Shown in pieces: positions 28,783 through 38,852 of a stretch of 64,000 nt of DNA (position 1 is its first letter; the number at the start of each line of letters is the position of its first letter). The translations under genes were made by a program, and so were the position numbers. The stretch comes from an uncultured Pelagibacteraceae bacterium (GTDB lineage: Bacteria > Pseudomonadota > Alphaproteobacteria > Pelagibacterales > AG-422-B15), in assembly GCA_902619105.1 (NCBI GenBank), contig CACNCV010000001.1, positions 82,706 to 146,705 on the forward strand, written 5' to 3'. The notes beneath the pieces are model-generated. The model had not been told where the DNA came from and did no database searches. It saw only the letters and a list, made by a program, of their open reading frames with translations.

Positions 28783-28811
28783 TTGACATTAACCTACTGA
28801 AGTAATAAAAA
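28783..28811 (+). promoter_or_regulatory. Putative sigma70 promoter for the ffh operon
   Basis: TTGACA (28783-28788), a 17-nt spacer, then TAAAAA (28806-28811). Confidence 0.5.
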
Positions 28812-28844
28812 ACTCACGTTTTCCGTCAGAAATATTATTTCTGC

Positions 28845-28914
28845 GGTGCCATAAATAAAGGTATCGACACCAGTCAGCGAGTTTCGCCCATTGGTGCACT
28901 ACCTGCTGAAGGAG
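28845..28914 (+). ncRNA. Structured 5' leader of ffh (candidate member of the alphaproteobacterial ffh RNA motif)
   Basis: A GC-rich island in AT-rich DNA. Hairpin GGTGCC/GGTATC (28845-28865). Stem CACCAGT/ATTGGTG (28868-28896) encloses GCGA-GTT-TCGC. Ends at the GAAGGAG Shine-Dalgarno. Confidence 0.6.
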
Positions 28915-28922
28915 AGTTTATT

Positions 28923-30305
28923 TTGTTTGAAAACCTTAGTAATCGGTTTGAGGAAATATTTAAGAGTTTAAAAAAAACAGGTTCTATTGATGAGGCTTCT
29001 CTCGATAGTACAATGAGAGATATTAGAAGAGCTCTTCTTGAAGCTGATGTTGCATTGCCAATTGCAAAAAGATTTATAGAGGATGTCAAAAAAGAGGCGA
29101 TCGGAAAAGAAATCATTCGATCAATAACGCCTGCACAAATGATTACAAAAATTGTGAATGATCAATTAATTCAAATTTTAGGGCCAGATTTATCTGAATT
29201 TCAAATAAATGATAATCGAATTTCATCTTATTTATTTGCAGGACTTCAAGGTTCTGGAAAGACAACGACTGTTGGTAAAATCGGTAATTATCTCAAGAGT
29301 AATTACGATAAGAAGATTTTATTTGTTTCATTAGATACCACAAGACCAGCTGCTTTTGATCAGCTAAAAAAACTTTCTGAGTTAATTAATGTAACAATTT
29401 TACCCAAACTCGAAAATCAAATGCCTATTGATATTGTATCAAGAGCAAAACAATTTGCAGAATTACAGGAAATTGATTGTGTTTTATATGATACAGCGGG
29501 GAGAATGAATGTTGAAGAAGGGCTAATGAGCGAATTGAGTTTGCTGGAAAAAGAAATTAACCCTTTAGAAACGATACTTGTTTTAGACAGCCTAACTGGC
29601 CAAGAGGCAGTGAATGTTACAAGCGATTTTGCAAAAGCAATCAATATTACTGGTTCTATCCTTACTAGGATTGATGGTGATGCTCGAGGTGGGGCCGCAT
29701 TAAGCATGAAGTACATTACTGATTGTCCAATTAAATTTATGGGAGTTGGGGAGCAAGTCGATGACCTTGAAAAATTTCACCCAGAGCGAATTGCCAATCG
29801 TATTCTTGGAATGGGAGATATTGTAACCTTAGTTGAAAAAGCTGCTGAAACTGTTGATCAAGAAGATGCCCAAGCAATGGCCAAAAAATTACAAAAAGGA
29901 GAATTTGATCTTGAGGATTTGCTTAGTCAAATCAGACAGATGAAAAAAATGGGTGGCATTTCGGGTATGATGAAATTCATTCCTGGACTAAGTAATCTGA
30001 GCGACAAGATCCCACAAAATACTAATCCTGACAATTCAATCGCTCAACAAGAAGCAATTATTCTCTCAATGACAAAATACGAGCGAAGCAAGCCAAAGAT
30101 AATTAATGGATCAAGAAAAAAAAGAATAGCGGCAGGGTCGGGGACTTCAGTATCCGAAATAAATAAAATTCTTAAACAACATAGAAAGATGTCAGACATG
30201 ATGAAGAAGTTATCTAGAAAAGGGGGAGGATCAATTGATCCAAATATGTTAGCAGGCCAACTTGGAAGTGGCATGCCGAGTGATTTTTTAAAAAATAAAT
30301 TTTAA
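28923..30305 (+). CDS. ffh: Signal recognition particle protein Ffh
   Basis: TTG start MFENLS; GLQGSGKTTT, DTAGR, DGDARGGAALS motifs and a Met-rich M domain. Confidence 0.97.
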   Translation: MFENLSNRFEEIFKSLKKTGSIDEASLDSTMRDIRRALLEADVALPIAKRFIEDVKKEAIGKEIIRSITPAQMITKIVNDQLIQILGPDLSEFQINDNRISSYLFAGLQGSGKTTTVGKIGNYLKSNYDKKILFVSLDTTRPAAFDQLKKLSELINVTILPKLENQMPIDIVSRAKQFAELQEIDCVLYDTAGRMNVEEGLMSELSLLEKEINPLETILVLDSLTGQEAVNVTSDFAKAINITGSILTRIDGDARGGAALSMKYITDCPIKFMGVGEQVDDLEKFHPERIANRILGMGDIVTLVEKAAETVDQEDAQAMAKKLQKGEFDLEDLLSQIRQMKKMGGISGMMKFIPGLSNLSDKIPQNTNPDNSIAQQEAIILSMTKYERSKPKIINGSRKKRIAAGSGTSVSEINKILKQHRKMSDMMKKLSRKGGGSIDPNMLAGQLGSGMPSDFLKNKF

Positions 30306-30331
30306 TTATTAACAAATAAAAGGAGAATAAA

Positions 30332-30805
30332 ATGGCGTTAAAAATAAGACTATCGAGAGCAGGTTCAAAAAAAAGGCCTGTATACAGAGTTGTAGTTGCA
30401 GATTCAAGAAGTCCGCGAGATGGTAGATTTATTGAAAAGGTAGGATTGTATAATCCTCTTTTACAAAAAGATAATAAGGATAGAATCCAACTAAACTTAG
30501 AGTCAATAAAAGAGTGGATTTCTAAAGGAGCAAAACCAACAGATAAGGTTGCAAGATTTTTGGGAGAAGCCGGAGTAATACCAATGCCAGCACAAGGCAA
30601 TAATCCTAAAAAAGCTCAGCCAAAAAAGAAAGCACAAGAAAGATTAGCTGCAGCTGAGGAAGCAAAGAATCAGCCTACTCCTGAAGCTCCAGCAGAAGAG
30701 ACTCCAGCAGAGGAAGCTCCAGCGTCAGAAGCAAAAACTGATGAAGCTCCAGCAGAAGAGACACCAGCAGATGAAGCTCCAGCAGAAGAGGAGAAAAAAG
30801 ACTAA
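30332..30805 (+). CDS. rpsP: 30S ribosomal protein S16 with acidic Pro/Ala/Glu C-terminal tail
   Basis: [40 protein letters not shown]. Confidence 0.97.
   Translation: MALKIRLSRAGSKKRPVYRVVVADSRSPRDGRFIEKVGLYNPLLQKDNKDRIQLNLESIKEWISKGAKPTDKVARFLGEAGVIPMPAQGNNPKKAQPKKKAQERLAAAEEAKNQPTPEAPAEETPAEEAPASEAKTDEAPAEETPADEAPAEEEKKD
30683..30802 (+). repeat. 60-nt-period tandem duplication built from EAPAE-coding units in the S16 tail
   Basis: gaagctccagcagaagagac(t/a)ccagcaga(g/t)gaagctccagc occurs at 30683 and 30743 (41 nt, two mismatches). Confidence 0.85.
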
Positions 30806-30816
30806 GCTTATTAATT

Positions 30817-31323
30817 ATGTCCCAATTGATAGTTATTGGAGAAGTAAGAGCAGTTCACGGTTTAAAGGGTCATTTCAAGATTACATCATATACAGAAACG
30901 CCAGACGATGTATTTAGATATGGCCCCTGTAGACTTGGGAAAAAATATTCAAATATCACTCTTAAAAAATTGAAAGAGTTAAAAACTGGTTATATTGCTA
31001 GTTGTGAACAAATTAAAACAAGGGAGTCGGCTGAAAAAATTGTAGGGCTTACAATAGAAATCGAACAATCGTATTTACCAGCTATAAAAAAATTAAACCA
31101 ATACTATTACCATCAATTAATTAATTTAATTGTAAAAACTAATGATGGAAAAAATATTGGAAAAGTAATATCAGTTCAGAATTACGGTTCATCTGATTTA
31201 CTAGAAATAAGAAAAAAAAATGCTAAAGACTACTTTATTCCAATAAGTGAAAACACAATTAAAAAAATTGATCTTATTAAAAAAATTATTATTACAAAAA
31301 ATATCAATGACTATATAGGCTAA
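30817..31323 (+). CDS. rimM: Ribosome maturation factor RimM
   Basis: IG.V.AVHGLKG and YYYHQLI.L motifs; located between rpsP and trmD. Confidence 0.93.
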   Translation: MSQLIVIGEVRAVHGLKGHFKITSYTETPDDVFRYGPCRLGKKYSNITLKKLKELKTGYIASCEQIKTRESAEKIVGLTIEIEQSYLPAIKKLNQYYYHQLINLIVKTNDGKNIGKVISVQNYGSSDLLEIRKKNAKDYFIPISENTIKKIDLIKKIIITKNINDYIG

Positions 31324-31325
31324 TA

Positions 31326-32042
31326 ATGTATCGAGTAAAAATTATCACACTTTTCCCAAATAGTTTTCCTGGTCTTTTAAATACAGGAGTCGTGGGTAAG
31401 GCATTAAAGAAAAAAATATGGTCATTAAAAACAATTGATCCGAGAAAATATTCAAAAGGTAATTACAAAAAAGTAGATGACACCACAGCCGGTGGCGGTC
31501 CTGGTATGATTTTAAAAGCAGATGTAATCGGAAAGTCTATTGATGCTTGTTACAAGAATATTAAATCTAAAGATAGTTATCCAATGATATATTTAAGTCC
31601 TCGCGGTACTCCTTTAACTCAAAGTAAAGTAATTAATTTTTCTAACATGAAAGGAATTAATATTCTCTGTGGTAGATATGAAGGTATTGATCAACGCATA
31701 CTCGATTTCTATCCTATTGAGGAAATAAGTATTGGAGACTATATACTGGCGGGCGGTGAAATAGCGTCCCAGGTTTTAGTGGAATCAATAGTGAGACTAT
31801 TGCCAGGAACACTTGGTGACATGAAGTCTGCTAGTTCAGAGACCTTCTCAAAAGACCTTCTTGAATACCCTCAGTATACAAGGCCTAAAAAATGGAAAAA
31901 TTTGACAATTCCAGACATATTGCTCTCTGGAAATCACAGAAATATTAGTGAGTGGCGCTTAAAACAATCTGAAAAACTGACACAGAAAGTTAGGCCAGAT
32001 TTATGGAAAAACTATAAAAAAAGCAAGACAAGGAAGAAATAA
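31326..32042 (+). CDS. trmD: tRNA (guanine37-N1)-methyltransferase
   Basis: VDD...GGGPGM, LCGRYEGIDQR, SIGDYILAGGE and LLSGNH motifs. Confidence 0.97.
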   Translation: MYRVKIITLFPNSFPGLLNTGVVGKALKKKIWSLKTIDPRKYSKGNYKKVDDTTAGGGPGMILKADVIGKSIDACYKNIKSKDSYPMIYLSPRGTPLTQSKVINFSNMKGINILCGRYEGIDQRILDFYPIEEISIGDYILAGGEIASQVLVESIVRLLPGTLGDMKSASSETFSKDLLEYPQYTRPKKWKNLTIPDILLSGNHRNISEWRLKQSEKLTQKVRPDLWKNYKKSKTRKK

Positions 32043-32069
32043 AGTATTAAAACACGGTGCGAGGCTACC

Positions 32070-32654
32070 ATGAACATCATAGAACAATTCGAAAAAGATC
32101 AGATAAAGTCACTAGTCAAAGGTAAGAAAATACCACAATTCCATCCGGGAGATACAGTAAGAGTGAATGTAAAGGTACGTGAGGGCACTCGTGAGAGAAT
32201 ACAGGCATTCGAGGGCGTTTGTATCAGAAAGAAAAATAGAGGTCTAAGTTCTTCATTTACAGTAAGAAAAATTTCTTTTGGTGAGGGCGTAGAAAGAGTG
32301 TTTCCAATCTTTAGTCCGTCTATTGACTCCATCTCGATTGTAAGAAGTGGACAGGTCAGAAGAGCTAAGCTTTACTATCTTAGAGATTTAACCGGTAAGA
32401 AAGCAAGGATCGTTGAGAGAATTCGAAAGAAGCAACCAGATCTTGCTAGTTTATATATTGATGAGAGTGAAGAAGTTGTTGAAGAAGAAATTGTTGCTTC
32501 TGATGAGCCTGCTCAAGATGAGAATGTTGAAGTTGCAGCTGATGCTTCTCAAGCTGAGGAAAAAACAGAATCTGAAGTTGATGAGTCTGCTCAAGAACAA
32601 GTTCCTGAAGATAATGCTGAAAGTTCAGAAGAATCAGAAACAACAAAAGAATAA
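32070..32654 (+). CDS. rplS: 50S ribosomal protein L19 with long acidic C-terminal tail
   Basis: [26 protein letters not shown] and [10 protein letters not shown] motifs. Confidence 0.97.
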   Translation: MNIIEQFEKDQIKSLVKGKKIPQFHPGDTVRVNVKVREGTRERIQAFEGVCIRKKNRGLSSSFTVRKISFGEGVERVFPIFSPSIDSISIVRSGQVRRAKLYYLRDLTGKKARIVERIRKKQPDLASLYIDESEEVVEEEIVASDEPAQDENVEVAADASQAEEKTESEVDESAQEQVPEDNAESSEESETTKE

Positions 32655-32693
32655 TTACTTCTTTCTCTTTTTTTTTGTTAATCAAAGTTATTT

Positions 32694-34097
32694 ATGAGTA
32701 CTCCAAAGACATTATACGATAAAATATGGAATGATCATTTAGTGTCAGAAAATGAAGATGGAACATCAATCATTTATATTGACAGACATCTTGTTCATGA
32801 AGTTACAAGTCCCCAAGCATTTGAAGGGCTAAAAATTGCAAATAGATCAGTTAGAAAACCTAATTTTACATTAGCCACTGCTGATCACAATATTCCTACA
32901 ACAAATAGAGATGAGGGAATATCAGATCCAGAGTCTAAGTTACAGGTAGATACTCTTGAAGAGAATTGTAAGGAGCATGGAATTACTTTTCTTTCTATGT
33001 CTGATAAAAGACAGGGCATAGTTCACATTATCGGACCGGAGCAAGGTTTCACACAACCAGGAATGACTATCGTTTGTGGCGATAGCCATACGTCAACACA
33101 CGGTGCCTTTGGTGCTCTTGCATGGGGAATTGGAACTTCTGAAGTAGAACATGTTCTTGCAACTCAAACATTAGTGCAAACTAAAGCTAAGAATATGCAA
33201 ATTAATATACAAGGTGAACTGCCACTGGGTGTCACAGCAAAAGATATTGTTTTAAAGATTATTCAAACAATTGGAACTGCTGGAGGTACTGGGTATGTTA
33301 TTGAATACACAGGTGATGCGATCAAATCCCTAACAATGGAGGGAAGAATGACTGTCTGTAACATGTCAATTGAAGCAGGAGCAAGAGCTGGCTTAATCAG
33401 TCCTGATGAAAAAACAATTGAATACTTAAAGGGAAGACCATTTTCTCCAGCTGAAAATGAATACCAATCAGCATCAGATTATTGGTTATCGCTAGCTTCT
33501 GATGATGGTGCAGCTTATGACAAAACAGTAAATATTGATGCAAGCGACATCATTCCACAAGTCACTTGGGGCACAAGTCCTGAGGATGTAGTTTCGATTG
33601 ATGGATTGGTTCCAAACCCTGAGGATGAAAGCGATGAGACAAAGAAAAAATCAATGATTAGAGCTTTGGAATACATGGGTCTTGTTCCGAATACACCACT
33701 TAAAGAGGTTAAAGTAGATAAGGTATTCATTGGTTCATGTACTAATGGACGGATTGAAGACCTGAGAGCTGCATCAAAAATTGCAAAAGATAGAAAAGTT
33801 GCGGACCATGTAAATGCAATAATCGTTCCTGGGTCTGGTTTAGTTAAACAGCAGGCAGAAGAGGAGGGTTTGGACAAAATATTTATTGAGTCAGGTTTTG
33901 AATGGAGAGAGCCTGGATGTTCAATGTGTCTTGCAATGAATGCCGATAAACTTAAACCTCAAGAAAGATGTGCTTCCACTTCAAATAGGAACTTTGAAGG
34001 TAGGCAAGGAAGAGGGGGTCGTACTCATTTAATGAGTCCAGCTATGGCTGCTGCTGCGGCTATCAATGGAAAACTATCAGACAGTAGAGAGATATAA
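32694..34097 (+). CDS. leuC: 3-isopropylmalate dehydratase large subunit
   Basis: [36 protein letters not shown] and [12 protein letters not shown] motifs. Confidence 0.97.
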   Translation: MSTPKTLYDKIWNDHLVSENEDGTSIIYIDRHLVHEVTSPQAFEGLKIANRSVRKPNFTLATADHNIPTTNRDEGISDPESKLQVDTLEENCKEHGITFLSMSDKRQGIVHIIGPEQGFTQPGMTIVCGDSHTSTHGAFGALAWGIGTSEVEHVLATQTLVQTKAKNMQINIQGELPLGVTAKDIVLKIIQTIGTAGGTGYVIEYTGDAIKSLTMEGRMTVCNMSIEAGARAGLISPDEKTIEYLKGRPFSPAENEYQSASDYWLSLASDDGAAYDKTVNIDASDIIPQVTWGTSPEDVVSIDGLVPNPEDESDETKKKSMIRALEYMGLVPNTPLKEVKVDKVFIGSCTNGRIEDLRAASKIAKDRKVADHVNAIIVPGSGLVKQQAEEEGLDKIFIESGFEWREPGCSMCLAMNADKLKPQERCASTSNRNFEGRQGRGGRTHLMSPAMAAAAAINGKLSDSREI

Positions 34098-34723
34098 TGG
34101 AAAAATTTAAAAAAATAGAAAGTAATGCAATTCCTTTACCAATGGTGAATGTTGATACTGATATGATTATTCCAAAACAATTTCTCAAAACAATTAAGCG
34201 AACAGGTTTAGGTAAAAATTTATTTTATGAATTAAGATATGATGAAAAAGATGCACCTATAGATTCGTTTGTCCTTAATCAAGATAAATATAAAGACTCT
34301 CAAATTTTGATTACTGGTAAAAATTTTGGCTGCGGATCATCCCGTGAACATGCACCCTGGTCAATCTTAGATTATGGTATTAAATGCATCATCGCTTCGA
34401 GCTTTGCGGATATCTTTTATAATAATTGTTTCAAGAATGGTATTCTTCCAATCAAATTAGATGAGTCTGAAGTAACTAAATTACAAAAAGCAGCGGAAAA
34501 CAGTCTTAGTTTTACAATTGATTTAGAAAATCAGATGATTTCTTATTTTGATAAAAATATAAATCATGAGGTAAGTTTTGAACTTGATAAAGCCAAAAAA
34601 ACTAGCCTATTAGAGGGTTTAGACGATATTGGATTGACACTAGCTAAAGATAATCATATTTCTGATTTTGAAAACAAGCAAAAGTCAAGAACACCCTGGT
34701 TATATAGCCAGCAAATAAAATGA
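34097..34723 (+). CDS. leuD: 3-isopropylmalate dehydratase small subunit
   Basis: [13 protein letters not shown] and [13 protein letters not shown] motifs. Confidence 0.97.
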   Translation: MEKFKKIESNAIPLPMVNVDTDMIIPKQFLKTIKRTGLGKNLFYELRYDEKDAPIDSFVLNQDKYKDSQILITGKNFGCGSSREHAPWSILDYGIKCIIASSFADIFYNNCFKNGILPIKLDESEVTKLQKAAENSLSFTIDLENQMISYFDKNINHEVSFELDKAKKTSLLEGLDDIGLTLAKDNHISDFENKQKSRTPWLYSQQIK

Positions 34724-35829
34724 GCAATTCTTATAAATTATTAGTCTTACCTGGCGACGGTATAGGGCCTGAAGTAATGAAGGAGGTCATAAAGGTTGCT
34801 AAGAGTATTGGTGAACTTAGTAAAGTTAAATTTGAGATAGAAGAGGACGATATTGGTGGATCTGCCTATGATCGCTATGGCACCCCTCTATCTGATGAGA
34901 CTCTTGAAAAAGCTAAAAAATCTCACGCAGTTTTACTTGGTGCTGTGGGCGGAGAAAAATGGGATAATTTAGATTTTTCTCTTAAACCTGAACAAGGCCT
35001 TTTGAGAATTAGAAAAGAATTAGACTTGTTTGCAAACTTAAGGCCTGCTCTATGTTTTGAGTCAATGGTTGACGCCTCTTCTCTTAAACCAGACTTAGTA
35101 TCAGGTCTCGATATATTAATTGTTAGAGAGCTTACTGGTGGTATTTATTTTGGTGAACCAAGAGGTATTGAAGATAAAGGTAACGGAAATCGTGTTGGAA
35201 TTAACACTCAATCTTATAGCACTGAAGAAGTTAGAAGAGTTGCACGTATAGCATTTGAACTTGCAAGCAAAAGAGGTAACAGGGTTACTTCTTGTGAAAA
35301 ATCAAATGTAATGGAGTCTGGAATATTGTGGAGAGAAGAAGTCTCTCATGTGCATGAAAATGAATATTCAAATGTCGAATTATCTCACATGTATGCAGAT
35401 AATTGTGCCATGCAATTAGTTAGAAACCCTAAACAATTTGATGTTATTGTCACTGATAATTTATTTGGAGACATTCTTTCAGATGAGGCGGCCATGCTCA
35501 CAGGGTCGCTTGGAATGTTGCCCTCTGCTTCTTTGGGTGCAGTCGATAGTAATAATTTTAGAAAGTCTTTATACGAGCCAGTTCATGGGTCTGCGCCAGA
35601 CATAGCAGGTAAAGGAATAGCAAACCCAATTGCATCTATTCTTAGTTTTGCGATGTGTTTAAAGTACTCATTTAATATGGACAAGGAGTCAGATCTCATA
35701 AATAAGGCTGTAAATAATGTACTTGCCAGTGGCTTTAAAACTGCGGATTTAATAGGCAATGATAACAAAAACCTATCAACAGTTGAAATGGGTGATCAAA
35801 TATTAAATCAATTAAAAGAAAACTTTTAA
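34720..35829 (+). CDS. leuB: 3-isopropylmalate dehydrogenase
   Basis: [19 protein letters not shown] and [12 protein letters not shown] motifs. Confidence 0.97.
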   Translation: MSNSYKLLVLPGDGIGPEVMKEVIKVAKSIGELSKVKFEIEEDDIGGSAYDRYGTPLSDETLEKAKKSHAVLLGAVGGEKWDNLDFSLKPEQGLLRIRKELDLFANLRPALCFESMVDASSLKPDLVSGLDILIVRELTGGIYFGEPRGIEDKGNGNRVGINTQSYSTEEVRRVARIAFELASKRGNRVTSCEKSNVMESGILWREEVSHVHENEYSNVELSHMYADNCAMQLVRNPKQFDVIVTDNLFGDILSDEAAMLTGSLGMLPSASLGAVDSNNFRKSLYEPVHGSAPDIAGKGIANPIASILSFAMCLKYSFNMDKESDLINKAVNNVLASGFKTADLIGNDNKNLSTVEMGDQILNQLKENF

Positions 35830-35832
35830 ATT

Positions 35833-36849
35833 ATGAATTTTAACATTGCTATAGTGGGTGCCACAGGAAATGTCGGAAGAGAAATGTTAAATATTCTCTC
35901 TGAAAAAAAATATGATGTGTCAAAAATATTTCCTGTAGCTTCTAGTAGAAGTGAAGGCATGGAAATTGAATTTGGGGAGGATAAACTAATTGTAGAATCT
36001 ATTGAAAAGTTTGATCCTTCAAAAGTAGAATTGGCACTCTTCTCTGCAGGAGCTAGTGCCTCAAAGGAATGGGCACCAAAGTTTGCAGAAAAAAACTGTA
36101 TTGTTATAGATAACTCTAGTCAATTTAGAATGGAAGAAGATATTCCTTTGGTCGTGCCTGAGGTTAACCCAAGTGATCTAAATAATTATAAAAAAAGAAA
36201 TATAATTGCTAACCCAAACTGCTCAACAATTCAATTGGTGGTTGCCTTAAAACCATTGCACGAAATTTCAAAAATAAAAAAAGTTATTGTATCAACTTAT
36301 CAATCTGTTTCGGGTGCAGGTAAGGCTGGTATGGACGAGTTGTTTGAGCAAACAAAAAATATGTTCTCTGATGATATTAAAGATAATGTTAAGTTTACAA
36401 AACCAATTGCCTTTAATGTCATACCTCATATTGATAAATTCATGGATGATGGATACACAAAAGAAGAATTAAAAATGAGACAAGAAACTCATAAAATTTT
36501 AAGTAGTGAGATCAGCTTTAGCGCTACATGTGTTCGCGTTCCTGTATTTATTGGTCACTCTGAAGCTGTAAATATTGAGTTTGAAAACAAAATTTCAGTA
36601 GAAGAAGCACGTGAAGCTATTAAAAATGCTCCTGGGTGCACGCTACTTGATGAAAGAGCTGATGGAGGTTATGTAACTCCAAAAGAGTGTGCTGGAAATG
36701 ATGACACTTACGTATCGCGAATTCGAGAGGATACGTCTACAAAAAATGGATTATCTATTTGGGTAGTTTCTGATAATTTAAGGAAAGGTGCTGCTTTAAA
36801 TACAATCCAAATCGCTGAAATGCTAATTGAGGAACATTTATCTAAATGA
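35833..36849 (+). CDS. asd: Aspartate-semialdehyde dehydrogenase
   Basis: GATGNVG, IANPNCST, TYQSVSGAG and DNLRKGAALN motifs. Confidence 0.97.
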   Translation: MNFNIAIVGATGNVGREMLNILSEKKYDVSKIFPVASSRSEGMEIEFGEDKLIVESIEKFDPSKVELALFSAGASASKEWAPKFAEKNCIVIDNSSQFRMEEDIPLVVPEVNPSDLNNYKKRNIIANPNCSTIQLVVALKPLHEISKIKKVIVSTYQSVSGAGKAGMDELFEQTKNMFSDDIKDNVKFTKPIAFNVIPHIDKFMDDGYTKEELKMRQETHKILSSEISFSATCVRVPVFIGHSEAVNIEFENKISVEEAREAIKNAPGCTLLDERADGGYVTPKECAGNDDTYVSRIREDTSTKNGLSIWVVSDNLRKGAALNTIQIAEMLIEEHLSK

Positions 36850-38804
36850 GACAAGATGTAAGAAAACCAAGAAGAAGCGTACTTTATGTTCCTGGATCTA
36901 ATCCAAAAGCATTAAAAAAAAGTAGTACTCTTGATGTAGATGCAATTATTTACGACTTAGAAGACTCAGTAGCTGCAAATGCCAGAAATGATGCACGCAC
37001 AGCAATTATCGAAATTATAAATTCTGGTGTAAACAAAAATAAGGAACAGGTGATAAGAGTAAATGCTTTGGATACTGATGATGGTAAAATAGATATTAAG
37101 GTCTTGGACAAATGTAATCCCGATGCAATATTAATTCCTAAAGTAAATGAAGCTAATGATGTTAAAGCTTTTGAAAAATATCTTAAAAATAAAGAAATTA
37201 AAATTTGGGTTATGATGGAAACAGCTTTATCCATTGTAAACGCGTATGATATCGCAAAATCATCAAAATACTTAAAATGTTTTGTAATGGGAACTAATGA
37301 CTTGTCTGCAGAGTTGGGTATAGAGGAAGAACTAAAAAGAACTGCATTAGTCACAAGTTTTGAGAAATGTATGATGGCAACAAAAGCCTACAAATTATCA
37401 CTACTTGATGGAGTTTTTAATGACATCAGAGATGCTAATGGCTTTGAAGAAGAGTGCATCTATAGTCATGGTCTCGGATTTGATGGTAAAACCTTAATAC
37501 ACCCCGGACAAATACAAATATGCAATAAAATATTTACCCCTACGGCTGAACAACTAGACAAAGCAAAACGAATTGTCGCAGCCTTTGAGGATGCAAGAAA
37601 AAAGGACCCAAATGTTGGAGTAATTACGTTTGAAGGCAGTCAGATAGAGGAATTACACGTAAATCATGCAAAACGAATTATAGAAGCAGAATTGCTTGTT
37701 TCAAAAGTTACAGAACTAGATCAATCGGAAGTTATACAAACTTCTTCAAGTAAATATAAAATTGGTAACTTTTTTGAAAATTTTAAGCTAGGACAAAAAA
37801 TAATACACGCAACTCCACGGACAATAACATATGGAGATTGTGCACTTTATACAGCTTTATACGGTTCAAGGTACGCCCTGCACTGCTCAGATGAGTTTGC
37901 AAAAAAACTCTCATTAGAAAAATCACCAATTGACGATTTTCTTTTATTTAACATAGCTTTTGGTAAAACTGTCCCAGATATCTCTTTAAATGCAATTGCC
38001 AATTTAGGTTACGCAGAGTGTAAGTTTTTAAAGCCAGCTTATCCAGGAGATACAATTAGTTCAACTTCAGAAGTGATTGGCATTAAAGAGAATTCAAGTG
38101 GAGAAAATGGAGTAGTCTATGTCCACTCCGTAGGTACTAACCAGCATGACGAACCAGTTATTGATTATAAAAGATGGGTTATGGTTAGAAAAAAAAATAG
38201 AAACCTAAATAAAGCGGAACCGTCTATACCGGAATTAAATAAAGAGCTTACAAGTGAGGAGGTTGTAGAAATTGCAAAAAAATATGATTTTGATTGTACA
38301 GGATATGATTATAAAGCCTCTGGCTCTGATCTTTGTTATGAGGATTATTCTATTAACGAAAAAATAAATCATATTGATGGTATGACAGTTGAAGAGGCTG
38401 AACATATGATGGCAACAAAATTATACCAGAACAATGCAAAAGTTCACTTTAACCATTTTGTTGAAAAAGGTGGCAGGTTTGGAAAAAGAATTGTTTACGG
38501 TGGTCACGTTATAAGTTTAACAAGAGCTTTATCGTTTAATGGACTTTCAAATGCTTTTAAAATTATTGCGATCAACGGTGGAACCCACGCATCACCGTGT
38601 TTTGCGGGAACAACTGTTTTTGCTTGGAGTCTGATTTTAGACAAAGTCGAAGTATCAGAGTCATTAGGTGCTATTCGAGTCAGAACAAATGGAATTGGTG
38701 ATGCGCAGGCTTATCAGTTTCAACACCAAGATAGTAACAAGCGTTTTGATCCGTCCGTTTTGTTAAGTCTTGATTATTGGGCTTTAATTCCAAGAAAAAA
38801 ATAA
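36846..38804 (+). CDS. mcl2-mch: Fusion protein: N-terminal CitE/Mcl2-like (malyl-CoA thioesterase/lyase family) domain plus C-terminal Mch-like mesaconyl-C1-CoA hydratase (double hot-dog MaoC)
   Basis: N-domain (about aa 1-282): RRSVLYVPGSN, YDLEDSV, VIRVN, MMET, MGTNDL, GFDGKTLIHP. C-domain (about aa 305-652): GNFFENF, FGKTVPDISLNAIANLGYAE, YPGDT, ENSSG..GVVYV, HMMAT..YQN.AKVHF, VYGGHVIS..RALSFNGL. Confidence 0.85.
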   Translation: MRQDVRKPRRSVLYVPGSNPKALKKSSTLDVDAIIYDLEDSVAANARNDARTAIIEIINSGVNKNKEQVIRVNALDTDDGKIDIKVLDKCNPDAILIPKVNEANDVKAFEKYLKNKEIKIWVMMETALSIVNAYDIAKSSKYLKCFVMGTNDLSAELGIEEELKRTALVTSFEKCMMATKAYKLSLLDGVFNDIRDANGFEEECIYSHGLGFDGKTLIHPGQIQICNKIFTPTAEQLDKAKRIVAAFEDARKKDPNVGVITFEGSQIEELHVNHAKRIIEAELLVSKVTELDQSEVIQTSSSKYKIGNFFENFKLGQKIIHATPRTITYGDCALYTALYGSRYALHCSDEFAKKLSLEKSPIDDFLLFNIAFGKTVPDISLNAIANLGYAECKFLKPAYPGDTISSTSEVIGIKENSSGENGVVYVHSVGTNQHDEPVIDYKRWVMVRKKNRNLNKAEPSIPELNKELTSEEVVEIAKKYDFDCTGYDYKASGSDLCYEDYSINEKINHIDGMTVEEAEHMMATKLYQNNAKVHFNHFVEKGGRFGKRIVYGGHVISLTRALSFNGLSNAFKIIAINGGTHASPCFAGTTVFAWSLILDKVEVSESLGAIRVRTNGIGDAQAYQFQHQDSNKRFDPSVLLSLDYWALIPRKK

Positions 38805-38852
38805 TTTACTGTCGTTTAATCACCGGCAATTTGGTATATATAAATATTACTA

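Noticed and set aside
30683-30802. Regular repeats in rpsP, and in the autotransporter, as a possible CRISPR array or DGR
   Set aside because: They are in-frame coding repeats without unique spacers, and there are no cas or reverse transcriptase genes in the window.
32645-32682. Possible terminator or attenuator between rplS and leuC (AAAGAA/TTCTTT followed by a T-run)
   Set aside because: The stem is weak and A/T-only and there is no Leu-rich leader peptide, so support is too low to call.
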